DNA of 64,000 nucleotides. Origin: Flaccisagitta enflata (taxonomy: Eukaryota). Position numbers and translations under genes: made by a program. The stretch is from positions 25,482,001 to 25,546,000 of the forward strand of contig OZ231126.1 in NCBI GenBank assembly GCA_965153355.1. Reading direction: 5' to 3'. This document shows, piece by piece, positions 1-13,740 of the stretch (positions within the stretch are counted from its first letter, which is position 1; each line of letters opens with the position of its first letter). The notes under the pieces were generated by a model. The model had not been told where the DNA came from and did no database searches. It saw nothing but the letters and a program-made list of their open reading frames with translations.

Positions 1-390
1 ATTTGGCAACTGAGGGTGATGGTATGGCATGGGCGTTAAAGAGGGGTGGTAAGGGATGGTGACGAGATGATGGTCATGGTATAATGGATGGAGAGTGATG
101 GAGAGCTGGCAACTGAGGGTGAAGGTATGGTATGGGCGTTAAAGAGGGGTGGTAAGGGATGGTGACTAGATGATGGTCATGGTATAATGGATGGAGAGTG
201 ATGGAGAGCTGGCAACTGAGGGTGAAGGTATGGTATGGGCGTTTAAGAGGGGTGCTATAGGATGGTGATGAGATGATGGCCATCGTGTGATGGATGGAGA
301 GCTGGCGACTGAGTATGGTGGTATAGGATGACCAAAACCAAGAATGGTGGTTTTGGATGGTGACGAGATGACGGGTATGGTGTTATGGAT
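1..390. repeat. Minisatellite, about 103-bp unit, about 3 copies decaying rightwards
   Basis: TGGCAACTGAGGGTGA(A/T)GGTATGG...GGATGGAGAG recurs at about 4, 107 and 210, with a degenerate copy near 304. Confidence 0.85.
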
Positions 391-1230
391 GTAGGGCTAT
401 CGTCTCCGGCGGTCCAAAGGCAAATTTACGCTTGAGGGAATTTGAATAAAGTTGACAGTTCATCACAGCTGATGACTCCGTGTCCCTCCGAGGCCAAACC
501 ACGATGACGACGATGACGACGATGACGACGACGATGAAAGCAAACGGCGAGGACAATGGACGATGACGATGACGACGACGAAGATGACGGGATGATTCAT
601 GGAGTTAGGCGTTACCCTACGCGACGGCGAGTGTTGAACGTCCTGAAGGTGAACGTGATCGCGTGGGACCGGAAGTATATCGAGACACGAATGCTGCGAG
701 TAGGTTAGAGGATGATGTACATCACGCGTGGGGAGAGTGGGGGGGGGGGGAGGTGAGCAAAAAGCATTATGAGTTGTTGTATGTTGTGAAACTGAATGCG
801 ATTTTTGGACACTACTTAATGGAAGCGGTGGAATAACTGGAAAATTTCAACATCCAAATGCACGTGTGACCCCATCGTATGTTTGGTGAAATTTAGACAA
901 TAGAACTGAGAAAAGTATGGAGCATGATGGCTAGTGTATGGGGAGGTGGAGTGTGATAAATGCTTGTATTGCCACATGTGAGTTGGGAAGGGTCGATTCA
1001 ACTTGTTCTAATGATAGTTTGTCTTATTGGGAAGCTGGTACAGTTACAGCCTGCTATAATTATATATAACAGACCCAAGAGACATAAGAATATGTCTAAA
1101 ACAAACACAGATTTCTGGCTACATAACGCCATTTTTTAAAGCAGAAATAACAGACATCTGTCCTAGACTTGACAACACCTAGCCAGATAAGAATACAATG
1201 CAATGGTGACAATGGCAGTTTCGTAGCAAT

Positions 1231-1330
1231 AACAAGGCCGGATACACGGCTACCCCAGTCGCGTGCGGGTGGGCAGGAGCCATAATTGAGGTCTGTGGAA
1301 CATTTGGGCAGGAGCAATAAGGCCAAAAAC
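1231..1330 (-). mobile_element. Partial HINE (Helentron-associated element), family A, 3' part
   Basis: AACAAGGCCGGATACACGGCTACCCCAGTCGCGTGCGGGTGGGCAGG shared with full copies at 3538, 16030 and 29754. Confidence 0.75.
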
Positions 1331-1522
1331 AACTATGGAGTTTATGCCAATGTATGCTATAACCATATCCACAGTCATGACAGCAACAAAAACGATGACA
1401 ACGAAGAAAACGATGAAGTTAAAAAATGTCGACGATTTTGACAATGATTAGTTTTGGATACAAGAGAGACGAGATGAAGGACTGGCTTCTATGGTGGTAC
1501 TGAAAGGCACAATGAAGTAGGG

Positions 1523-1569
<47 letters not shown>

Positions 1570-1660
1570 CACTTTATTTATTGGGAGGAGATGTTGTCCA
1601 TCAGAATCTGAGGAAAATGTCCTCAGGGCAAAAACGAGTCGAAGAAAAACGGAAACTGAA

Positions 1661-1715
1661 ATGACAAACGATGACAGTCACGATGACAGTCGTGACAGTG
1701 ATGGTGGGCATGGTC

Positions 1716-1796
<81 letters not shown>

Positions 1797-1842
1797 ATGA
1801 TGATGATAATGATGATGACGATGATGATGATGATGATGATGT

Positions 1843-1915
<73 letters not shown>

Positions 1916-1979
1916 AATGATGATGATGATGATAATGACGATGATGACGATGAAGATAAAGATAACGATGACGAAGACA

Positions 1980-2021
<42 letters not shown>

Positions 2022-2051
2022 CTGATGATGATGTTGATGTTGATGATGATT

Positions 2052-2109
<58 letters not shown>

Positions 2110-2117
2110 CGATGATA

Positions 2118-2209
<92 letters not shown>

Positions 2210-2251
2210 GATGATGATGATGATGATGTTAATGGAGATGATGATAATGGA

Positions 2252-2313
<62 letters not shown>

Positions 2314-2366
2314 GGATGATGAGGATGATGAGGATGATAATGACAAAGATGAAGGAAATGATGATA
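1661..2366. repeat. (GAT)n microsatellite, about 700 bp
   Basis: Direct reading; explains the poly-D/M/I ORFs. Confidence 0.97.
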
Positions 2367-3246
2367 ACTCCTAGGTTAATGACAGCTAACCCAAAAATTT
2401 CGGATCTGATTGTGTCACATAAGTGATGAAAAAATGATAAAAACCGAATTTCCACATCCCTCATTATTTTTTTCTCTTCCTCTCTTTCTCTCTATCTTGC
2501 TTTTTCCTTCTCTCTTTTTTCCATTGCCTTTTAAACATTCTTTTTTCTTTTTGTTTGTTCTTTTTTTTTTCGTTTCACACAATTTCTTTTTTTTCTCGCT
2601 TTTTAGTTGCTTTTTTCATCTTTCGAACTGATGACGTGAGCCCCTTTTTTTGCCACTGATTGGATTAAATTTTCACACTCTTCAAATGCTTTTCAAATTC
2701 GTTTCTCTCGTTCATCTCATCTGTCTTAATGGCCTGTATTTCCCCGTTCGGCTCTTCTCCTTGGCAACCACATAAAATGGGTCTTACCGTTCTCCGCCAA
2801 AAATCATCAAAAATATTCTAAGTTCGGTCAAAAGCCTATTTGGACTTTCAACTTTGGCTACACCTCAACTAAACCTAATTTGGCGGAAATTTCTTTCAAA
2901 CTATCTGTCTTTTAAGTCGATCGATCTCTGACTGACTGATTGACGCTGTTTTGAGCTAAATTCCCTATCACTAGCCTGTCGATAGCCTCTTTTTAAATGA
3001 ATAGCCCCGGCCTTCCCACGAACTCTTCGGCGTCCCAGTACCACACCACGAAACTCTGGAGGCTAAAATCAATTTACCCTTACAAGACGCAACGCAAAGA
3101 TTTAGGGTGATTGAAATTTTATTCAGTTTCATACACATTACACAAGGAACACTTTTCAAATTAACATCGCAACATAACTTTTCGTCTGATCCATCTGTCT
3201 CTGTGGTTCTGTCAGACTCACTGTTACGTCGATTCAATACAATAAG

Positions 3247-3462
3247 AACAAGTGACGCAGGGTCACAATATCGTTGTGGATGCGTGGGCAGAGGCATACA
3301 ACCCCCATTCACACCATTGCCCACCTAAAACACATACACACGGAAAATCACACAGCAGCGTAAAAAATCGTGTTTTCACACTTTTCAACTCGATCACCAC
3401 GGACCAACGGACCAACGGACAAAGCCTCTTGTCTCGTGTCTCGTGTCCGCAACTAAAAAAAA
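3247..3462 (-). mobile_element. HINE family B
   Basis: AACAAGTGACGCAGGGTCAC hairpin end, GGACCAAC repeats, GTGTCCGCAACTAAAAA end; similar to copies at 19388 and 54450. Confidence 0.75.
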
Positions 3463-3537
3463 ACCATGACGCGAAGCGGGAACGATCTTTTGTCAATTTG
3501 TCTCTGTTAGTCGTGTTTATCAGTCGCACTCTTACAG

Positions 3538-3772
3538 AACAAGGCCGGATACACGGCTACCGAAGTCGCGTGCGGGTGGGCAGGGGCCATATTTGAGGCC
3601 ACTCTATCATTTGGGCAGGAGTAGTAAGGCCAAAGACCCCAAAAACAAAAAAAAAGTAAAGTGTGACGGACGGACGGACCGACGGACGGATGGACGGACA
3701 AAGCGGGTTGTAGAGTCGCGTAGCACGCGACTAAAAAGCGGGGTGTAAAGTCGGGTAGCACGCAACTAAAAA
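3538..3772 (-). mobile_element. HINE family A, with tandemly duplicated 5' terminus
   Basis: SubTIR AGTCGCGTGC near one end, palindromic AGTCGCGTAGCACGCGACT at the other, (GACG)n core, GCCGGATACACGGC hairpin; the last ~36 bp are repeated at 3737-3772. Confidence 0.8.
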
Positions 3773-3857
3773 GTCAAAATTATGCCACTGGAAAAAATTC
3801 TGAGAAAGTGATGGAATGCGCTAGAGCCAGTTTGGACTGCAAACAATGAAATAAGTA

Positions 3858-3977
3858 TTTTTTAGGTGCGACAAAGCACCTCTATAACTGGCTGTGTCCG
3901 TTGGTCAGTCGGTTGGTCGGTAACGCATTTGTTTGGCGTCCCACATGTCGCACCTATTGGCCTACTTGGCCTTGTTT
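3858..3977 (+). mobile_element. Short HINE, family D-like
   Basis: TTTTTAGGTGCGACAAAGCACCT palindromic start, GTCG/GTTG repeats, GTCGCACCT subTIR, GGCC...GGCC hairpin, CTTGTT end. Confidence 0.7.
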
Positions 3978-4178
3978 TTCCTTTCAAGAGTGGCATCGTA
4001 TATGACCTGCTCTAAATGCTGGGTAGAGAAACATTAGGACCTGAATGTCTGTGTCGGATGATGCAATGAAGGTGTGTATCCAAAACGTTTCCAGGTCTTT
4101 TTCAATCGAATCTTGTTCTGAAACCGTAATGTCATTGCTTATTTGTTCAGTGAAATCCATGAAATATGCTAAAAATAA

Positions 4179-4418
4179 GGGCGTGTTTCTAGTGAAGATG
4201 AAAACTGTTTTTGTTCCCGTGAAACAAATTTAAAGCTTGAACACTAAATTTCACTGTTCCAGTGAGTGAGTGAAATTGGCAAACCGTGAATGGAGCAAGC
4301 ATAGTAAAGTGGAGCGCCGCAAAGCAAGTGAGCGCAGTGAGCGGTGCGAGCGAACAAACGTAGCAAGCGACCAAGTGGCCTGTTAAAAGCGTGATTGTCT
4401 CTGACTAGAAACGCGCCC
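4179..4418. mobile_element. PIF/Harbinger (Tourist-like) MITE
   Basis: TIR GGGCGTGTTTCTAGT / ACTAGAAACGCGCCC, flanked by TAA at 4176-4178 and 4419-4421. Confidence 0.85.
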
Positions 4419-4541
4419 TAAATAGAAGAGGGCCTTGTGAACCCTCACTGACTACGCGCACCACTCCTAGTTTTCCACAAAACAGAATCTGAAAAAAAAC
4501 ATTCTCTTTCTTATCCAAAAGCAAGCTGCTTACCAAAAGAA

Positions 4542-5205
<664 letters not shown>

Positions 5206-5368
5206 TTGGAGCCAGCTTTGTCAAAAAGCTCGCGAGGATGTTCTGCCGCCTTTCAACAAGTGACGCGGGGTCACAATATCGTTGCGGACGGGTGGGCAGG
5301 GGCATCCAAGCCTTATCCACACCCCAACCCACCTCCAACACTCAAGCATTCACAAAAAGTATCGAAAA

Positions 5369-5406
<38 letters not shown>

Positions 5407-6575
5407 TTGGAGCCAGCTTTGTCAAAAAGCTCGCGAGGATGTTCTGCCGCCTTTCAAAAACGGAAAATCATTGGAATTGACGAAGTGTTTCATGACTCGT
5501 CCATGCAGATGAAGATAAAGCGATGCATGTGATTGACTGATTGGTATCGACGTTTTCATAGGCTAAAGATAAGCAAAGACAGTGTTTTATCCCACAACTT
5601 CTCAAAATTTTGTTGACTACTTCTCTAAATAATACAAATGTCATTTCCAATCATAATTATGAAAAGAAAAAGCAAAGAATTAAATTGAAACCCAAATTTC
5701 ATATTCGTGTGCACTGTGACATGACATACTGTGTCACTTTGTTAAGGAGTGTATTTCATTACCTGAACTTTTTCTGGTTGACTGTCAACGACGACTTCAT
5801 CAATTTGCTCGTCAAAGTTCCTGTTGATTCCACCATCTACTCAATAACCTGGTTTTCAATCGCTCTGTTGTTGATCTGCTCATCGATTGTTAGTGGCGGC
5901 GAATCACTAGGATAGGTGGAACAATATCCCTCATTATACCCAAATTGAAATCAATGGAAGAGGGCCTTGTGAACCCTTACTGACTAGTTAATACGCGCAT
6001 CACTCCTAGTTTTCCACAAAACAGAATCTGAAAAACACCTTTCTCATCCAGAAAAGTAAAAAGCGACATTGACCTTTTGTTAGATAAGCATTTAAAAAAA
6101 ATGCTTTTACTAAAGTTAACTGGATATTTTGAATTATATATACATCACCCTACTCAAATTCTAGTTAGGCATAACATAATTTCTATTCGCGTGCTACGCG
6201 ACTATACCCCTTGTCTACCTGTCCGTTCGTCCATCTGTTCATCCATCGTTTTATTTTTTTTGGCGATTAGCGATGGTCAAATCATTGTCAGAACCTATTA
6301 GATTTGAAGAGAGAATCTCCCTAGTAAGGCTTGCCCTATCTCAAGAATGATGTATTAGGAAACGTATCTGACTATAAAAAATTGCTACCGACTTTTTTCG
6401 CCTGGAATTGACTTACCCGATGTTTAGTCATTCTGGTTTTCTTCCTTTTAAGACTTTTCCTTCATTCCGTAAAATAAAATCGCTCTTGAAAAATAAACCG
6501 CCACTGCTGAACGCGGAGTAAGATGACTAAATGCCAAAAGAAAGAGCCTCACGTTCTTACATTGATATTGTCGAG

Positions 6576-6737
<162 letters not shown>

Positions 6738-6821
6738 CTTTCCTTTGTGTATCCTTTCTTCTTATCATGTCTTGCGCCTTTCTTCTCTTTTCTGCACGAA
6801 GTCAACTATACGAATCCGAAA

Positions 6822-7783
6822 TAACTTTGGCAAAATAAAAAAAGACAGTAATTTTCAAAATGATATTGTGAGCTCATTTTTTAGAGCAGCTGTATAATTT
6901 TCTAGACAATGATAGTTTGTCAAATTTGCTACCTAGCAAAAAAATCAGATCTTGAAAAAGTTTATTTTTGCGCCCATAGCATTGATTTTTGCAAAATTTG
7001 TTTATTGAACAATCGCCGAGTTGTTATCAGTTTCAGTTTAGATCTAACTTTTAAAATCAACTGTGAGCTCAATTTTTAGAGCAAGATCAAAATTTTTGAG
7101 ATGGTGATAGCATGTCAAATTTCTGACACAGTGAAAAAATCAGAACTCAAAAAAGTTTTTTTTTGTAGCTGCAACATCAATTTTTGTAAAATTGGTTGAA
7201 GTTGGATGGTCAAAATAAAAAAACATTTATTCAGAATTGATTTCAAATGTTAATCTTTTTTTGTAGCTTCATATACTTTTTAGATGATGATAGTATGAAA
7301 AGTTTTTGACACAGCAAAAAAATCAGAACTCAAAAAAGTGTAATTTTGCACTAGTATCATCAATTTTTGTGAATAGACCTCAAAAAAAAAATCTAGAATT
7401 GATATCCAGTTTTGACAGATTTTACAAGAATTGATGTAGAAGGTACAAAAATAGACTTTTTTGATTTCTGATTTTTTTGCTATGTCAGAAATTTGACCTG
7501 CTATCACCATCTTAAAAATCTTGATCTTGCTCTAAAAATTGAGCTCAGAGTAAATTTTCAAAGTTTGATCTGAACTGAAACCTATTCGGCGGTGGTTCAA
7601 TTGACAAATTTTGCAAAACTCAATGCTGTGGGCGCAAAAATCAACTTTTTCAAGATCTGATTTTTTTACCAGATAGCAAATTTGACAAACTACCACAGTC
7701 TAAAAAATTATAAAGCTACTTTGAAAATTGAGCTCACAATATCATTTTGAAAATTACTGTCTTTTTTTATTTTGCCATAGTTA
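6822..7783. mobile_element. Foldback / long-TIR non-autonomous DNA transposon, arms about 330 bp
   Basis: TAACTTTGGCAAAATAAAAAAAGACAGTAATTTTCAAAATGATATTGTGAGCTCA at left is the near-exact reverse complement of 7730-7783; complementarity continues to about 7160/7460; outermost TA on both sides. Confidence 0.85.
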
Positions 7784-8096
7784 AACACATACAGTTGAAA
7801 TTCGTTCTAACAAGCTCCAATTTTTTTTTTTTATTAAAGGCAGTTTTCGTAATAGCCATAAGCCAATATATGAAGTATAAAGAATTCTCTAAAAGGATAT
7901 ATTGTTCACCCATGTTCGCTGGAACATCATCCGACTGTACATTTGAACGCATTTGCATGTATGGTAAGAGCAAATATATGCATGCATTGTGCACGCAAAA
8001 CATCGACGAGTATTTTCCGCGTGAGGCATCGACTACCTTTGGATATCCCCGTCAAAGATATCTCCATTTCGTTAGTCCCTCAACTTCCAGGAAAAA

Positions 8097-8133
<37 letters not shown>

Positions 8134-8800
8134 AACGAGCTTCTCTACAGATTTGAAATGTTTCAACTCTAGGGATTTAATCAGCTTAACTTCTCTCCTT
8201 TTCTTATCCGCATTTTCTTCTATTTCTTCTTCTCTTCTTTTCTTTTCTTAAATCTGTTTTCATGTATTCCTGTGTGTTTCCCTTTATCTGTTTTTCTTCG
8301 TTTTTCCTCTCTAAGTTAGTATCTCTTTTTATTCTCTCCTTTCTTTTTTTTCTTCCACGTGCTCTTGTTTCTTTCCGTCCTTTATTTCCTACATTCTTTT
8401 TAGTCGCCTGTGTATAAAGTTCGCCAATTCGATCAGTTAATGAGTCTGTTCGTGAGTGGTTTGCTTGTGATCATTGCATTGGTTCCTTTTTGGTCCTTTT
8501 TGGTTACACGTTGCTATGTCGGTCCGTTGGTCCGTCGGAAATATCATTGAAATCTAGTCGTTCGTTGTCGTTTGTTTTTTAGGTCATTTAAGCGTTAGTA
8601 AGTGTGAAAAACTTTTGTTCTGTAGTTTCTGTTTATTTGTCATTTATAGGTAAGAAAGTATTGGGTATCATAGAAAGGACGGAAGGAAGGACGGAAGGGA
8701 TGAAGGAAGGGAGGAAGGAAGCAAGGGAGGATGGAAGGAAGGAAGGATGGAAGGATAGAAGGAAGGAATGAAGGAAGGAAAGATTGATGGAAGGAAGATA

Positions 8801-9353
8801 AACAGGTCGCCCAGGGGCAATATGTGGTCAGCGATACCCGTTGCCCTGCTTTGTATGATTGTGAATTTGAGTGAGGAAAAGCAAGTCAGCGGCCCTGAAG
8901 GGGACAAAGTCCTGTAGGACAAAGGGGGACTTTCGTTCATCAGTCCGTTTGTTTGTTTGGGCCAAATAAGGATCTAAGAAGGCTGACGTAAGGCCCTAGG
9001 AACCTAATTGGAGGCTTGGGAAGGCTGATTTGAGGCTTGAGAGAGCTGAATTAAGGCTCAAAGACCATGGCGGCTGATTTGAAGCTTGAGAGCGCTGATT
9101 TGTTCTCTTAGAAGCCTAATTTGAGGCTTGAGGGGCCGGATTTGAGGCCTGAGAGGCCAGATTTGAGGCCTGACAGGCTGGATTTGAGGCCTGACAGGCT
9201 GAATTTGAGGCCTGATAGGCCGGATTTGAGGTCTAATGGGCCTGATTTGAGGCCTGATGTGGGGGGGGGGGACAAACAAACGAACAAACAAACAGACAAA
9301 AGTCCCCCTGTATACTACAGGACTTTGTCCCCTTCGGGGCTGTTGCCCAAAAA
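8801..9353 (-). mobile_element. HINE-like family C element (long inverted arms, 21-bp tandem core) inserted in a (GGAA)n tract
   Basis: AACAGGTCGCCC end, ~55-bp inverted arms CAGCGGCCC..GAAGGGGACAAAGTCCTGTAG, GAGGCCTGAGAGGCCAGATTT repeats, GCCCAAAAA end. Confidence 0.8.
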
Positions 9354-9869
9354 GGAAGGAAGGAAGAGAGGGGGGAAGGAAGGAAGGAAGGATGGAAGGA
9401 AGGAAGGATGGAAGGAAGGATGGAAGAAAGGAAGGAAGGAAGGAAGGAAGGAAGGAAGGAAGGAAGGAAGGAAGGAAGGAAGGAAGGAAGGAGGGAAGGA
9501 TGGAAAGAAGGAAGGAAGGAAGGAAGGAAGGAAGGAAGGAAGGAAGGAAGGAGGGAAGGAAGGGAAGAAGGAGTATGTATGTATGTTGTAATGTAACTGT
9601 AAAACGGAGCACGCGACTGCACTGTTTGCCTGTTGGGCTTGTTTCATTATCCTTATATTATTAACCAGTTTGTCGACAGTTTCTCGATAATAATTCATCG
9701 TTGTATAAGTTGATAATATTTCTAGTAATCTCTAATGGACAAAGGTTTCGATACCTGTTGATGCATGATGAAAACTTGTCATGCACATGGAAAAACAAAT
9801 TACTATCATAAGTTCAGAGTCATTGTTTTGATTAAGGACTCTGAGGAGTCTGTTTTGATTGCTTTACAT

Positions 9870-9903
9870 TACATCAACATCACAATCATCGTCATCGTCA
9901 TCG

Positions 9904-9958
<55 letters not shown>

Positions 9959-10010
9959 GATCATCATCATCATCATCATCAACATCATCATCATCATCAT
10001 CATCATCATC
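9870..10010. repeat. (CAT)n microsatellite
   Basis: Direct reading. Confidence 0.95.
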
Positions 10011-10278
10011 GAGACAGACACGAGGTTTTTTTCCCCACTCAACGAGGAGTTTACAGTTGAAAGATGTGTACTATCCAATTTTTGTTTTGAATTATTCATG
10101 GATTCTTTCTGCTCTTGGCGCATAGAACTTCTGAAGACCTTAAAAAAACCTTTAAAAAATCTTTCTCCAAAACCTTGGCCTCAACGATTTTACCCAACAC
10201 CCATGTCTGCTTCTTCAACACCCCATATTCCCAGTGCAGTGACATTTAACCTAAAGGTCGCCACAGATCTCTGAACAG

Positions 10279-10425
<147 letters not shown>

Positions 10426-10972
10426 ATGGCAAGATGAAAACTGTCATACACAATTTAATTTTTTTTTCTCTCTTTTTTTTTTTTTTTTTTCAAATAAATC
10501 GTGTTCGAAGTTTCTCTCACCCTCGATGATCTCTCGTGACCACGAGTGAAATGAGTTTCCACGTTATCGCAGTAACGAGGAAATGGGGTCAAAGTTTCAG
10601 GTCAGCTCGTGTTATGCAAATTTTTCAAAATTCAAATTTTTCACTCGCGTAATCTATTTTAACCATTCTTTCGTGAAAAGGGGCGGTGCAGTGGACGAGC
10701 GGGAAGGGCCGAAGTAGGGTGAGGTATGAAACATGGAGGAGGATAAGTTGTGGTGAAGGGACAGAGCCGGAGCTTCTGATAATGGGACAAATTCAAGGGA
10801 CAATGTCAAGAAACTTATGCTACAGATGTCCGAATGCTTTGTGTATGATAATCATGATGAGGACTTCTACATATGCCGTTTAATCTAAAGCAATGCAGTA
10901 CCTTTGAAAAGATGAGCGAACATGGTGGTGCGACAATACCAACCGTTCGCACACATATTCAATTTGTCGTAG

Positions 10973-11125
10973 ATGCCATCGCCCAATATCTTTCAAGGCC
11001 AAAGCAAGTTTAAACACCTCCGACCTCGATCGCGTGTTGTTCAAAAAAGCCAAAATAGCCTCGAAGATCCGCCTTTAGATCCGGCTTCTGTGACGCCGCC
11101 GCCGCCTTATGCGCGCCGCCCCTAA
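10973..11125 (+). CDS. Candidate terminal exon or small ORF ending in a PPPPY motif
   Basis: TTTGTCGTAG followed by an open frame MPSPNIFQGQSKFKHLRPRSRVVQKSQNSLEDPPLDPASVTPPPPYARRP* in a GC-rich unique island; the opposite strand is also open. Confidence 0.25.
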   Translation: MPSPNIFQGQSKFKHLRPRSRVVQKSQNSLEDPPLDPASVTPPPPYARRP

Positions 11126-11312
11126 ACCGTATAAGCGCTGCCCTCTCAGAACCGCCTTCTTTGAGCGCCGTCTTCTTTGAGCGCCGCCCCGAGAACGAGT
11201 TGCGCCGATGCCAAATTTGGTCAGAGATCGACCCCGGGATCCCGTCCAAATTTTAACCCAAAATCCATCTTGTAAGGGCCAACCTTATTTTTTCTTGCTT
11301 CTTTTTTTTTTC

Positions 11313-11562
<250 letters not shown>

Positions 11563-11754
11563 ATCTGTGGTGTACTGTAGTACACTGTGTCATATGTAGG
11601 TACACCCTAAGCGAAATCCCAAAAGTGACCAATGACCCAATTTTTCGCCATAAGCCCATTGGAACTATCTCATAGAAGCCAAAAAAAGTTATAGAGCACA
11701 TTCAGTTCAGATAGACGCACGTAATGCCGTAAAATGCCGTCAAATACCGTAAAA

Positions 11755-12900
11755 ATGGCATTTTTGCCAGTTTTTTTGGTCTAAAACCATTGTTTTTATC
11801 ATATAACGGCCAATCAATGACGTTCTGGCACTAAGACACATTCATGCATATATGCAGGCCAACCCGTCATCATTCAGCATATTTTTATGCCGTAAACTGC
11901 CGTCAAAATGGCATTTTTTACCGTTTTTCGGGGTTTTCTTGCTGTTGTAGATGGACAATACTAAAAAATTGCCAGAAAAATGTGTATTTAGACCCGGGAC
12001 ACACATACTACATAGTTTCAAAACATTGAGTTGGGTGTGAGTCTCATTTCATTGCCGTAAATGTTCGTAAAATGCCGTAAAAAGCCTTTACATTGGCATT
12101 TTTGACTACCAAACCGCTGCTTCTGTAAGAAGATGGTCAAACAATGACAATTTGGCACTGAGACACTATCATGCACAAATTCAAGTCAAGACATTTTCAT
12201 TCAGCGTATTTTTATGCCATAAACTGCCGTCAAAATGACATTTTTGACCATTTTTGGAGGGTTTTCTTCCTGTTGTAGATGGACAACTACTCGAAAATTG
12301 CCAAAAAATGTGTATATGGACCCTGAACACATATACTACAGAGTTTCAAAACATTGAATTGAGTTAGAGTCTCATTTCATTGCCGTAATGTTCGTAAAAT
12401 GCCGTAAAAAGCTTTTATATTGGCATTTTTGACTGTTTTTTGACTACCAAACCGCTGCTTCTGTCAGAAAATGGTCAAACAATGTTAATCTGGCACTGAG
12501 ACACCATCATGCTCAAATTCAAGTCAGTCCGTCATCATTCAGCATATTTTCATGCCGTAAGCTACCATCAAAATGGCATTTTTGACCATTTTTGAGGGGT
12601 TTTCTTCCTGTTGTAGATGGACGACTACTCAAAAATTGCCAGAAAATGTGTATTTGGACCCGGGACACACATACTACGGAGTTTCAAAACATTGAGTTGG
12701 GTTTGAGTCTCATTTCTTTGCCGTAAATGTTCGTAAAATGCTGTAAAAAGCTTTTATATTGGCCTTTTTGACTGTTTCTTGACTACCAAACCGCTGCTTC
12801 TGTCAGAAAATGGTCAAACAATGACAATCAGACACTCAGACACCATCATGCACAAATTCAAGTCAATCCGTCATCATTCAGAATCATTTTTCGCCGTAAA
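11755..12900. repeat. Tandem array, 328-338-bp unit, about 3.3 copies, inside the Transib-like element
   Basis: TGTTGTAGATGGAC at 11943, 12271 and 12609. Confidence 0.9.
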
Positions 12901-12932
12901 ATTTTGTCAATATGGCAAATTAGATCATTTAT

Positions 12933-13740
12933 TGGCCTGTTATGGCCCCGATATGAGTGTTTGATGGTCCAAATGAGTATATTTTTCCTAGTTCTGAGTG
13001 GTTTGAGTGACATTGGCAAAAAAATTCCAAATAACAATGATCAACTTGAAGAAAAGGCCGATTTTTGCCATTTTAGGCCATTTTTGGCCTGTTTTTGGCC
13101 TGTTATGGCCCCGGTATGAATGATGAAGGGTCCAAATGAGTATATTTTTCTTAGTTCAGTGTAGAATGAATAAGACTGGCAAAAAAAGTCCGAACAACAA
13201 TGATCAGTTTGAAGAAAATGCTGATTTTGGCCATTTTAGGCCGTTTTTGGCCTGTTTTTGGCCTGTTATGGCCCCGGTATAAGTTTTTTAAAGGTCCTAG
13301 TGAGTAAACTATTCCTAGTTCTAAGTGAAATGAGTGAGATTGGCAAAAAAATTCTGAATAACAACGATCAGTTTGAAGAAAATGCTGATTTTGGCCATTT
13401 TAGGCCGTTTTTGGCCTGTTTTTGGCCTGTTATGGTCCCGGTGTAAGTTTTTAAAGGTCCTAATGAGTATATTTTTCTCAGTTCTAAGTGGAATGAGTGA
13501 GATTGGCAAAAAAATTCTGAATAACAACGATCAGTTTGAAGAAAATGCTGATTTTGGCCATTTTAGGCCGTTTTTGGCCTGTTTTTGGCCTGTAATGGCC
13601 CCGATGTAAGTTTTCAAAGGTCCTAATGAGTATATTTTTCCTAGTTTTAAGTGGAATGAGTGAGATTGGCAAAAAAAATCTGAATAACAACGATCAGTAT
13701 GAAGAAAATGCTGATTTTGGCCATTTTAGGCCATTTTTTG
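12933..13740. repeat. Tandem array, about 163-bp unit, about 5 copies, inside the Transib-like element
   Basis: GATCAGTTTGAAGAAAA-type anchor at 13039, 13202, 13366, 13529 and 13692. Confidence 0.92.

Noticed and set aside
460..510. Possible hammerhead ribozyme (CTGATGA); also near 31007 and the GGACGAA in family C arms
   Set aside because: No GAAA core after stem II and no consistent stems I and III; family C lacks CTGANGA.
1601..2464. Long poly-D/I/M ORFs, and all CV/HT/ER/SL/FLSF-type ORFs in the window
   Set aside because: They are translations of stop-free microsatellites, open in several frames on both strands.
2971..3324. 117-aa minus-strand ORF
   Set aside because: It starts inside a HINE, several frames are equally plausible downstream, and I recognise no homology.
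9121..9260. LRPERLD / QAQNQPS heptad-repeat proteins (also at 25.9, 37.6, 40.0 and 60.6 kb)
   Set aside because: Produced by the 21-bp core of family C elements; open on both strands with no shared start or flanking domain.
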